Assembly (NCBI RefSeq): GCF_003918875.1
Contig: NW_025767431.1
Location: 62,001 to 126,000 of the forward strand
Source: Haliotis rubra
Taxonomy: Eukaryota
Reading direction: 5' to 3'
DNA length: 64,000 nt
Shown here in pieces: positions 25,601 to 36,403 of the stretch. Both the position numbers and the translations under genes were made by a program. The stretch's first letter is position 1. Each line of letters opens with the position of its first letter. Under the pieces are notes generated by a model. The model was not told the origin of the DNA, ran no database searches, and saw only the letters and a program-made list of their open reading frames with translations.

Positions 25601-28600
25601 TTGTTACTTAAAGGCAGGATCGTGTGGCTATTTGTTACTTAAAGGCAGGATCGTGTATGGCTATTTGTTACTTAAAGGCAGGATCGTGTATGGCTATTTG
25701 TTACTTAAAGGCAGGATCGTGTGTGGCTATTTGTTACTTAAAGGCAGGATCGTGTGTGGCTATTTGTTACTTAAAGGCAGGATCGTGTGTGGCTATTTGT
25801 TACTTAAAGGCAGGATCGTGTATGGCTATTTGTTACTTAAAGGCAGGATCGTGTATGGCTATTTGTTACTTAAAGGCAGGATCGTGTGTGGCTATTTGTT
25901 ACTTAAAGGCAGGATCGTGTATGGCTATTTGTTACTTAAAGGCAGGATCGTGTATGGCTATTTGTTACTTAAAGGCAGGATCGTGTATGGCTATTTGTTA
26001 CTTAAAGGCAGGATCGTGTGTGGCTATTTGTTACTTAAAGGCAGGATCGTGTATGGCTATTTGTTACTTAAAGGCAGGATCGTGTATGGCTATTTGTTAC
26101 TTAAAGGCAGGATCGTGTGTGGCTATTTGTTACTTAAAGGCAGGATCGTGTATGGCTATTTGTTACTTAAAGGCAGGATCGTGTATGGCTATTTGTTACT
26201 TAAAGGCAGGATCGTGTATGGCTATTTGTTACTTAAAGGCAGGATCGTGTGTGGCTAAAAAGGCAGGATCGTGTATGGCTATTTGTTACTTAAAGGCAGG
26301 ATCGTGTATGGCTATTTGTTACTTAAAGGCAGGATCGTGTGTGGCTATTTGTTACTTAAAGGCAGGATCGTGTATGGCTATTTGTTACTTAAAGGCAGGA
26401 TCGTGTATGGCTATTTGTTACTTAAAGGCAGGATCGTGTGTGGCTATTTGTTACTTAAAGGCAGGATCGTGTGTGGCTATTTGTTACTTAAAGGCAGGAT
26501 CGTGTATGGCTATTTGTTACTTAAAGGCAGGATCGTGTATGGCTATTTGTTACTTAAAGGCAGGATCGTGTATGGCTATTTGTTACTTAAAGGCAGGATC
26601 GCTATGTGGCTATTTGTTACTTAAAGGCAGGATCGTGTATGGCTATTTGTTACTTAAAGGCAGGATCGTGTATGGCTATTTGTTACTTAAAGGCAGGATC
26701 GTGTATGGCTATTTGTTACTTAAAGGCAGGATCGTGTATGGCTATTTGTTACTTAAAGGCAGGATCGTGTGTGGCTATTTGTTACTTAAAGGCAGGATCG
26801 TGTGTGGCTATTTGTTACTTAAAGGCAGGATCGTGTGTGGCTATTTGTTACTTAAAGGCAGGATCGCGTGTGGCTATTTGTTACTTAAAGGCAGGATCGT
26901 GTATGGCTATTTGTTACTTAAAGGCAGGATCGTGTGTGGCTATTTGTTACTTAAAGGCAGGATCGTGTATGGCTATTTGTTACTTAAAGGCAGGATCGTG
27001 TGTGGCTATTTGTTACTTAAAGGCAGGATCGTGTATGGCTATTTGTTACTTAAAGGCAGGATCGTGTGTGGCTATTTGTTACTTAAAGGCAGGATCGTGT
27101 GTGGCTATTTGTTACTTAAAGGCAGGATCGTGTATGGCTATTTGTTACTTAAAGGCAGGATCGCGTATGGCTATTTGTTACTTAAAGGCAGGATCGTGTG
27201 TGACTATTTGTTACTTAAAGGCAGGATCGTGTGTGGCTATTTGTTACTTAAAGGCAGGATCGTGTATGGCTATTTGTTACTTAAAGGCAGGATCGTGTGT
27301 GGCTATTTGTTACTTAAAGGTAGGATCGTGTGTGGCTATTTGTTACTTAAAGGCAGGATCGTGTATGGCTATTTGTTACTTAAAGGCAGGATCGTGTGTG
27401 GCTATTTGTTACTTAAAGGCAGGATCGTATGTGACGATTTGTTACTTAAAGGCAGGATCGCGTTTGGCTATTTGTTACTTAAAGGTAGGATCGTGTGTGG
27501 CTATTTGTTACTTAAAGGCAGGATCGTGTATGGCTATTTGTTACTCAAAGGTAGGATCGTGTGTGACTATTTGTTACTTAAAGGCAGGATCGCGTATGGC
27601 TATTTGTTACTTAAAGGCAGGATCGTGTATGGCTATTTGTTACTTAAAGGCAGGATCGTGTGTGGCTATTTGTTACTTAAAGGCAGGATCGTGTATGGCT
27701 ATTTGTTACTCAAAGGCAGGATAGCGTGTGGCTATTTGTTACTTAAATTTAGGATCGTGAGTGGCTATTTGTTACTTAAAGGTAGGATCATGTATGGCTA
27801 TTTGTTACTTAAAGGCAGGATCGTGTATGGCTATTTGTTACTTAAAGGCAGGATCGTGTGTGGCTATTTCTTACTTAAAGGCAGGATCGTGTGTGGCTAT
27901 TTGTTACTTAAAGGCAGGATCGTGTGTGGCTATTTGTTACTTAAAGGCAGGATCGTATGTGACTATTTGTTACTTAAAGGCAGGATCGTGTATGGCTATT
28001 TGTTACTTAAAGGCAGGATCGTGTGTGACTATTTGTTACTTAAAGGCAGGATCGTGTGTGACTATTTGTTACTTAAAGGCAGGATCACGTATGGCTAGTT
28101 GTTACTTAAAGGCAGGATCGTGTGTGGCTATTTCTTACTTAAAGGCAGGATCGTGTGTGACTATTTGTCACTTAAAGGCAGGATCGTGTGTGGCTATTTG
28201 TTACTTAAAGGCAGGATCGTGTGTGGCTATTTGTTACTTAAAGGCAGGATCGCGTATGGCTATTTGTTACTTAAAGGCAGGATCGTGTGTGTCTATTTGT
28301 TACTTAAAGGCAGTATCGTGTGTGGTTAGTTGTCACTTAAAGGCAGGATCGTGAGTGACTATTTGTTACTTAAAGGCAGTATCGCGTTTGGCTATTTGTT
28401 ACTTAAAGGCAGGATCGCGTGTGGCTATTTGTTACTTAAAGGTAGGATCGTGTGTGGCTACCTGTTACTTAATGGTAGGATTGTGTATGGCTATTTGTTA
28501 CTTAAAGGCAGGATCGTGTATGGCTATTTGTTACTTAAAGGCAGGATCGTATGTGACGATTTGTTACTTAAAGGCAGTATCGCGTGTGGCTATTTGTTAC

Positions 28601-29790
28601 TTAAAGGTAGGATCGTGTGTGGCTATGTGTTACTTAAAGGTAGGATCGTGTGTGGCTATGGTTACTCAAAGGTAGGATCGTGTGACTATTTCTTACTTAA
28701 AGGCAGGATCGCGTATGGCTATTTGTTACTTAAAGGGAGTATCGTGTGTGACTAGTTGTTACTTAAAGGCAGGATCGTGTGTGGCTATTTGTTACTTAAA
28801 GGCAGTATCGCGTTTGGTCATTTGTTACTTAAAGGCAGGATAGCGTGTGGCTGTTTGTTACTTAAAGGTAGGATAGTATGTGACTATTTGTTACTTAAAG
28901 GCAGTATCGCGTATGGCTATTTGTTACTTAAAGGTAGGATCGTGTGTGGCTATGTGTTACTTAAAGGTAGGATCGTGTGTGGCTATTTGTTACTCAAAGG
29001 TAGGATCGTGTGACTTTTTCTTACTTAAAGGCAGGATCGCGTATGGCTATTTGTTACTTAAAGGGAGTATCGTGTGTGACTAGTTGTTACTTAAAGGCAG
29101 GATCGTGTGTGGCTATTTGTTACTTAAAGGCAGTATCGCGTTTGGTCATTTGTTACTTAAAGGCAGGATCGCGTGTGGCTATTTGTTACTTAAAGGTAGG
29201 ATCGTGTGTGTCTATTTGTTACTTAAAGGCAGGATCGCGTATGGCTATTTGTTACTTAAAGGCAGGATCGTGTGTGGCTAGTTGTTACTTAAAGGCAGGA
29301 TCGTGTAGTGACTATTTGTTACTTAAAGGCAGTATCGCGTTTGGCTATTTGTTACTTAAAGGCAGGATCGCGTGTGGCTATTTGTTACTTAAAGGTAGGA
29401 TCGTGTGTGGCTATTTGTTACTTAAAGGCAGGATCGTGTGTGGCTATTTGTTACTTAAAGGCAGGATCGTGTATGGCTATTTGTTACTTAAAGGCAGGAT
29501 TCGTGTATGGCTATTTGTTACTTAAAGGCAGTATCGCGTTTGACTATTTGTTACTTAAAGGCAGGATCGTGTGTGGCTATTTGTTTCTTAAATGCATGAT
29601 CCTGTGTGGCTATTTGTTACTTAAAGGCAGTATCGTGTGTGGCTATTTGTTACTTAAAGGTAGGATCGTGTGTGGCTACCTGTTACTTAAAGGCAGGATC
29701 GTGTGCGGTTATTTGTTACTTAAAGGCAGTATCATGTGCGGCTAGTTGTTACTTACAAGCAGTATAGCGTGTGTCCTACTTGTTGCTGAA
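16636..29790. repeat. 33-bp satellite, right part of the large array (~400 units)
   Basis: Same unit. Highly homogeneous core at about 24.7-27.3 kb, with variant-rich flanks. Confidence 0.97.
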
Positions 29791-30249
29791 TTACATTAAC
29801 TACCTGAGCTCTGCTCATGCATCAGCAATTGTTCACATCAGTAAGGTGAATGGAGACTTAGACACATACTAATCTTACCTGCTGGTACTGTTCCGTGGAA
29901 AAAAGCAATACCTCCTCGTTAATTTACTAGCACGATGTATGGTGGCTAATCCCTTGCAATGAACTCCGGTTTTACTTTCTGTTTGGTTTCGGGTTTAAGG
30001 AAGGAACAGCTAATTCTTAGAAAGCGTACAATCAATATGAAAGTAAATAAATAGTATCAAAAAACCTATATTATGCATGACACAGTTATCACGTGGGGAT
30101 TAATGATTTGAGGACACGTTCGTGTACAGAAATATCCACGCATCGTAACACATTAGGAGCGTGTGGCAACAGTTTATTGAGGTTACGTCGGCATTGAAAT
30201 GGAGTTTATTGTATCTGAAAGCATTTCCTGCTGAGCATGTGCTTTTCAT

Positions 30250-30458
30250 TGCTTACTTAAAGGTAGGATCGTGTGTGGCTATTTGTTACTTAAAGGCAGG
30301 ATCGTGTATGGCTATTTGTTACTTGAAGGCAGGATCGTGTGTGGCTATTTGTTACTTAAAGGCAGTATCGTGTGCGGCTATTTGTTACTTAAAGGCAGTA
30401 TCGTGTGCGGCTAGTTGTTACTTACAAGCAGTATACCGTGTGTCCTACTTGTTACTGA
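30250..30458. repeat. 33-bp satellite, short array (~6 units)
   Basis: Same unit, with the same head and tail sequences as the other arrays. Confidence 0.9.
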
Positions 30459-32245
30459 AAGAAAGAGGCAGTGTGATAACCTAGTGATTAAAGCGTTTCA
30501 AGCTCGCGACTTTCTGTCCCATTTCGGATTGAGGTTTGAACATTTTTAACAACATTCTCGATTCAGACATTGTACAAATAAAGGCACACACGAGGACAGA
30601 CCGGGGTAGCTGAAGGCTGTTTTAATGCATTCTGCGTTGAACACGAATGCACTTCAGACAATTCCTATCCTTGTAAGGCCAACGTTTATCAATTCAAGTG
30701 TGACGTGTTATCTGTTAAGTTGTGAGGGATGATAAGCTGATATGTATTATAATAAATACACGCACTTTCTCACGCGCGCGAAGGAGTGTGACGGTAACGC
30801 TATCCAGTGATGAATATTGTTTTTGAGCACAGATGATAAAATGAACTGTGTTATGAAACAGACATGGCAGTATGTACTCTCTTCATCTCGCTGGTCGTTG
30901 AGAATGGAGTATATACAACATTGATAATCAAAATGGCATATGTAGTAAACGATAAGTCGTTTTCAAGTTACTTAACAATTGTATGAATGCACAACTCTGA
31001 GTGTGTCGTTTCGAAGCTTTGCTAGAAACTGTACGTTACTGAGAAAGTGTAGCCCCAATATAACATTTGTTATATTTGACCACTTTCTAAATGGTATTGT
31101 GTATTCACAGTTCTCAGCCGTGGGAACCGTACTAATTTACATTCGTAGAGGGTACACAAAGTCCGCGGTCTCGACTACCAGTTGTCCGACTTCCTTTTTT
31201 GTAGAAGCTGTGCTGGCTGAGTTGGTTAGATGGCTGACTTTGTTTACTGGCCATTACGTGCCTGACTCTGAATCTGTACTTTACTGAGAAAGTGTAATCC
31301 CAAATATACATATGACCACTTTCTAAATGGCATTGTGTATACAATTAAAACATATTTCTCCTCATTTTAAGTGCATTGGTTGTTAGGTGGTTTATATGTC
31401 AGAGAAGTACTTCCCATCTTAGGAGATAATGAAACCCGTCTTCAACTGCAGTAGACAAACAAAACTGTCAGTAATCATATCCATCTATGATACAGTCACA
31501 ACAATATATAAAGTCTTAAGTCACGAACAATGTTTTGACAGAATACAAGTGTCATACAAATACGTTAGCCAGCCTTCTTTCCCACCTTTCACATGATCAA
31601 CCATATGAAGACTAATCCCGACCCCCCAGTAATGCACACACGTGGGTGTAGATACCTCCATCGATCAACCTCCATGGTATGTACTGAGTGTGATAAGTAC
31701 AGTGGGCCGTGCATACATTCCAGGCACTGTACAAACCCTTGACCGTTATCACATCTGCTGTACCCTCGATCTAACACACCACGAGTTTAACCCGGTACGA
31801 AGGGGAACTCCCTATGCTAAATATAGAATGGGTTAAACCTAGAGTGATACGAGTATAGCAGTAAATCCGGCGAGTATGTGTTGTAAATGAATCCGAGCGG
31901 CTTTAGGGTGAGCATCAACAAAAGTTCCATAAATGGTATGTGAGTTTAAGACCAATACTTGATCACAATGATTCTTTATCGTAAGATGTAGATCAAGAAT
32001 ATGTTTAAGACAAACATTTTTCTATATTTAGTATAATTTCTCAGACCAAACGTTTAAAGATCACGTGACTACATGTTACGTCATACAAAGATACTCCACA
32101 CGTTGTCATTCATTTGGAGTCGACAAGGGTGGCGAGGGGCTCGTCTTTCCTTTCCATAAAGCACATCCATAGCGCTTGAGCAAATGATCCTTTTCCGAGT
32201 TGCCGGCTATTAGAAGCTGAGCTGGGACTTCTGAAACACTCCATC

Positions 32246-33739
32246 ATGGATCGATTTCTACTGGGGATTCTTGTTGTGACTGTGGTCGTGTCGGTTGAGA
32301 CAAGGTCAACATGTGGGCGTGGTCAGTTCCTGGACCCAGACTCACACATGTGTGAATACTGTATCATGGTGTGTGATCACATGGAGATACAGAACACTGC
32401 CAGTAAATGCAACAATAATTGTCCAGGTGAGATGTATGAGAGGCTGTATCATTACTAGTATCAATATTGATCTTATATATGTCAGTTATGAATGCTTTAT
32501 CGGATGTATTTATATATACAATGTATCTATATGTAAATACAATTTATGTTCATTAATTATGATGCATGAAGCAATATACACTCCAATAGGCTCTTGGTCA
32601 CACGTTACACACAGTCCGTTAACAAACCGGATTAACCGAGTTATTGATTAACAGTGTGCTATAAATAACTAAGCTAGACAAGAAAGCATGAATGGATTAT
32701 AACAACTCTACTGCCTAACCCGGGGAGGTGATCCGACATGTGTGTTGTTTAACCTACTTTTCAGCGCAAATGACGGATTAACCTGAGTGAGTGTGGTTCG
32801 ACATGCGCCTTGGGATGAACCGAAATCATAGTGGTGAATCTCTTAAATGTCTACTTCACTGTTTTACTTACAGCTAAACACTGTTAAATCCAACGCCACT
32901 ATCATCATATATTATCTAAGACTATGCTACTTTGTCACCTAGGTCGACACTCGCACATATCTTCGATTGTCACGAGGCATTTAACTAGGTTTCACAAATT
33001 TTAACACAAGGGAATAAAACTCTATCATCTACTGCCTCCTGTAATGTGCTGTCGTCTTTTAATCACCAATAAGTAAGCGAACATTATGGTATATAATTAC
33101 CTGACCACTATTCACAGATTTCCTTTCAAAGACTACCTCGACTACAGGATCAACTTGGGCTTCATCGCTTCCAACTCCAGCTGGTCTGAAAGATGTAGAG
33201 ACTACATCAAGGACGAATTCACCTTCTAGTTTGGCTGTGGTCGTACCTGTTGTCTCAATTGCAGCTGTCGTCGTCATCCTTGCGTTATCACTCTACCACA
33301 GACAGAGGTTGCACCAGATGTGCTTGAGTGTCCAGTGTTACTGCCACACCAGACGTCCTGTACAGGTGGTCGATGGCGGCAATGGTGGACCTGACGACCT
33401 CCCAAGACCAAATGGTTTGAATATGTATTACGTTGTCTAATAAGTTGAATATTGAATGTTAGGTCATAAGATGAAAACGTTGTGTTATACGTTGAATATG
33501 TTCAGTCATAAGATGAAAACGTTGTGTTATACGTTGAATATGTTCAGTCATAAGATGAAAACGTTGTGTTATACGTTGAATATGTTCAGTCATAAGATGA
33601 AAACGTTGTGTTATACGTTGAATATGTTCAGTCATAAGATGGAAACAACATGTAGGTTTTCTATATGTTAAGTATGTGAGAAACTTTACTGCGTTGTCAT
33701 AACCATGGCGATTAAATGTTTCCTCTTTCAGGAGAATAA
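32246..33739 (+). CDS. Receptor A2: near-identical paralog (or allele) of A1
   Basis: Exons 32246-32426 and 33118-33414; putative last exon 33732-33739 (tttcag|GA GAA TAA, GE*). CRD differs from A1 by one residue (S>I); exon 2 differs by 8 residues. Confidence 0.85.
33440..33645. repeat. 42-bp minisatellite in intron 2 of A2 (~5 units)
   Basis: Same unit as 6802-6937, with more copies. Confidence 0.9.
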
Positions 33740-34877
33740 GCATATTAAGTAGTCATATATAAATATACTATGAAAGTGTTCGCGGTAGGAAAAAAAGCTT
33801 TGCGTTCCTAAATAGCATAGCCCCAAGAATATTTGGGCATGCTGAGCAGGAGTATGCCCGAGCCAGAAAGCGGCGACGTCTCTTGGGGAGTCCGGGGTCG
33901 TCACGTCACTTCCTTGCATTTCAGCGATTGTTGTCATCATTCGAAAATCAAATTAGCTGAGAGAATATTTTTTTATTGTTCCCTTGGGGAAATTGTGTAC
34001 GTTTTTCGGTTACTTGTTCTCAGAACACAAAATGCTTTGCGTGCAGAACACGCAGGTAGCAAACACGCAGGTTTTTGCTTTAACGCGAACACTGAATCAA
34101 TGATGATATAATAATTATATAAATTGATTATTCAAAGAGGGATATAAATAAGTGCTGTATGTGCTACGTGTTTCGCGGCCTCTTCAACGAGCGATATCTC
34201 AATGGTCTGATCGTGAATACGTTTCCTTCTAGAAATCCTGATGTATGACGTCACAACGATGGATCGCAACTGACGGTGATCTTCAAAGAAACTGTGGAGA
34301 CAGCTTTCACGTTGCATGACAGAGGGTCATCTGTGACACAAACAATTCCAGACATTGTATATTCGTGGATCAGGGAAATTCTAGGCCACCTGGAGATAAT
34401 GAAGTACAGTGTCCATAAATACAACACGAATCATCATCATCATTTTCTTCTTCTTCATGATCATCATGATGATCATCATCATCCGATTCTGATCTCCATA
34501 TCATTTTGTATATTTCCTAACAAAGTGCTTTTATCTATTCATTCAATTATTGATTTTTGGTCATACAATCAACTTTTTAATTTTTGTAAATAAACAGTTA
34601 AAAACAACGTGGCGTGTTTTGTCTTCATTTAATGTGCTAATGTTTCGATAAGTCCGCAAAGAAAAGAAATCATTTTTAACTTAACTACCTCCTTGTAGCT
34701 AGTCCCACCTGGGAATTACACATTTCTAGAAACGGCTACAATGACCAGCATATCAAACAGACCAACCTTGATGTCAATGGATGGCACAGGTAACGTGATA
34801 GATATTCGCCGGATATACATGTATGTACACTGTCATTTCCACTTTAATATAGCATGCCATTGTCACCGTTTACATTT

Positions 34878-35577
34878 GTTATTATCCCCCACCGCGCGTT
34901 TAGCGCGAAGCGGGGGATATAGTATTAGGCTCCGTCTGTCCATTCGTCCGTACGTCCGTACGTACGTACGAATTGGAATAGCGTAAGAACCGGTCACTAG
35001 ATTCTTTTCATATTTGGTACCTAAGTTCATCACAGTATAAGAAAGGTCCAGGTCAGGTTTGGTGACCTTGACCTTAATTTCAAGGTCACAAGGGGACTTT
35101 AACGTTTAACCTGCATGTTAAGCTATCTCAAGAACCGTTCTCTGGATTTTCTTCATATTCAATACCAAGCTTTATCTAGGGGAGGTGCAGGGCCCAGTCT
35201 ATTTTAGTGACCTTCACATAATTTTCAGGGTCACAGAGACACTTTGAAGGTTTAAGCATGTTAACCTGAATTGTCAGCAAGATATTTCAAGAACGGTTCA
35301 CTGGATTTTCTTCATAGACTTTCAAGACTTCCCTTGAATGTTTTTCAATAAACAATTTCTTTAGTACTATTTTTGCATATTTCATAAACTATGACAAGGT
35401 CAAAGTCAGTCTTGAAAATGTGTGTGTGTTTGAACAACTAATGAGCAAGATATCAAGAGAAGTTTACTGGTCATGTTTTCGTTGACAGTTAACTTCATCT
35501 TAAACTTTCATTACTTTATAAGTTTGATTTGATAATTTGCGGCGGGGGATTATGTCACCTTAGTGACAATGCTTGTT
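34878..35577 (+). mobile_element. Non-autonomous Helentron/HINE-like element; a truncated copy lies at 8048-8203
   Basis: Subterminal inverted repeat ATCCCCCACCGC...GCGGCGGGGGAT, (GTCC)n-like microsatellite, GTGACCTTGA..TCAAGGTCAC palindromes and a 3' hairpin GTCACCTTAGTGAC. Confidence 0.65.
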
Positions 35578-36403
35578 GTATCTATAATGTAAAAATCTCA
35601 GCGACAGTGGTCAGCTGGAACTCCCCGAATGTGACTATTTTCACTGCAGCTAAAGCATAAAAAGATTATCATTTCATGTCAAAGGAAACAACACAGTAAA
35701 AAGATGAGAACTGTCTAGTGGAATACAAAGTACAAGCTATTGTTTGCTAGCACATTCCGAACCTATGTGAAATTGAAATAACTATGCTACTATATCTGGA
35801 TCACTAATGTGATCTATGGTACTAATCCAAGCAACAGCACGACCTTACCTGCAGGTGATTCCGCTGGTTAATCAGTGAAGATTAATCCGCATGTGGTTTG
35901 ATGTCAGTGAGTTATATTTGGAAACACCTCTGACAACATTCCCATAAATAGCTCTGCATGTTCATCGACTGGGATAAGGAGATTAATCTCTGACATGTTT
36001 AACCGCAATCACCGCTGCTACTACCGCTACTATGAAAGCAACTACTTCGGCTGCTGTAACTACTGCTAATGCAACTGCAACTACGTCAACGATTACTACT
36101 TCTGCTACCACAAATAAGTTATCTACAACTAGTGATATCGCTGACAACATCTGTACATGTGATATATTGACAACCTATGTCATTTGTATATAAGAGGTGA
36201 AGCATTCTCCCAATGCTACGAGTCACATGACGCCTTGTCACGTGACATCAGGAATAATGCTGTCAGGGTAATATGGAAATTTCACACTTTCTGACAATAT
36301 GCACCTTGTACATTTAACCAGTAACTGTACATACATCTCTTAAGCCACAGACGCTTACAACTCAATGTGGATCATCTGTGACGGACCATGATCAAAGACT
36401 AAA

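Noticed and set aside
11322-29745. Very long ORFs with (GYLLLKGRIVC)n and (AICYLKAGSCV)n
   Set aside because: The 33-bp unit is a multiple of 3 and stop-free in two frames. Indels swap frames freely and a transposon interrupts the array, so this is satellite DNA, not protein.
11330-29790. Possible CRISPR array
   Set aside because: Units are directly adjacent with no unique spacers, there are no cas genes, and the context is eukaryotic.
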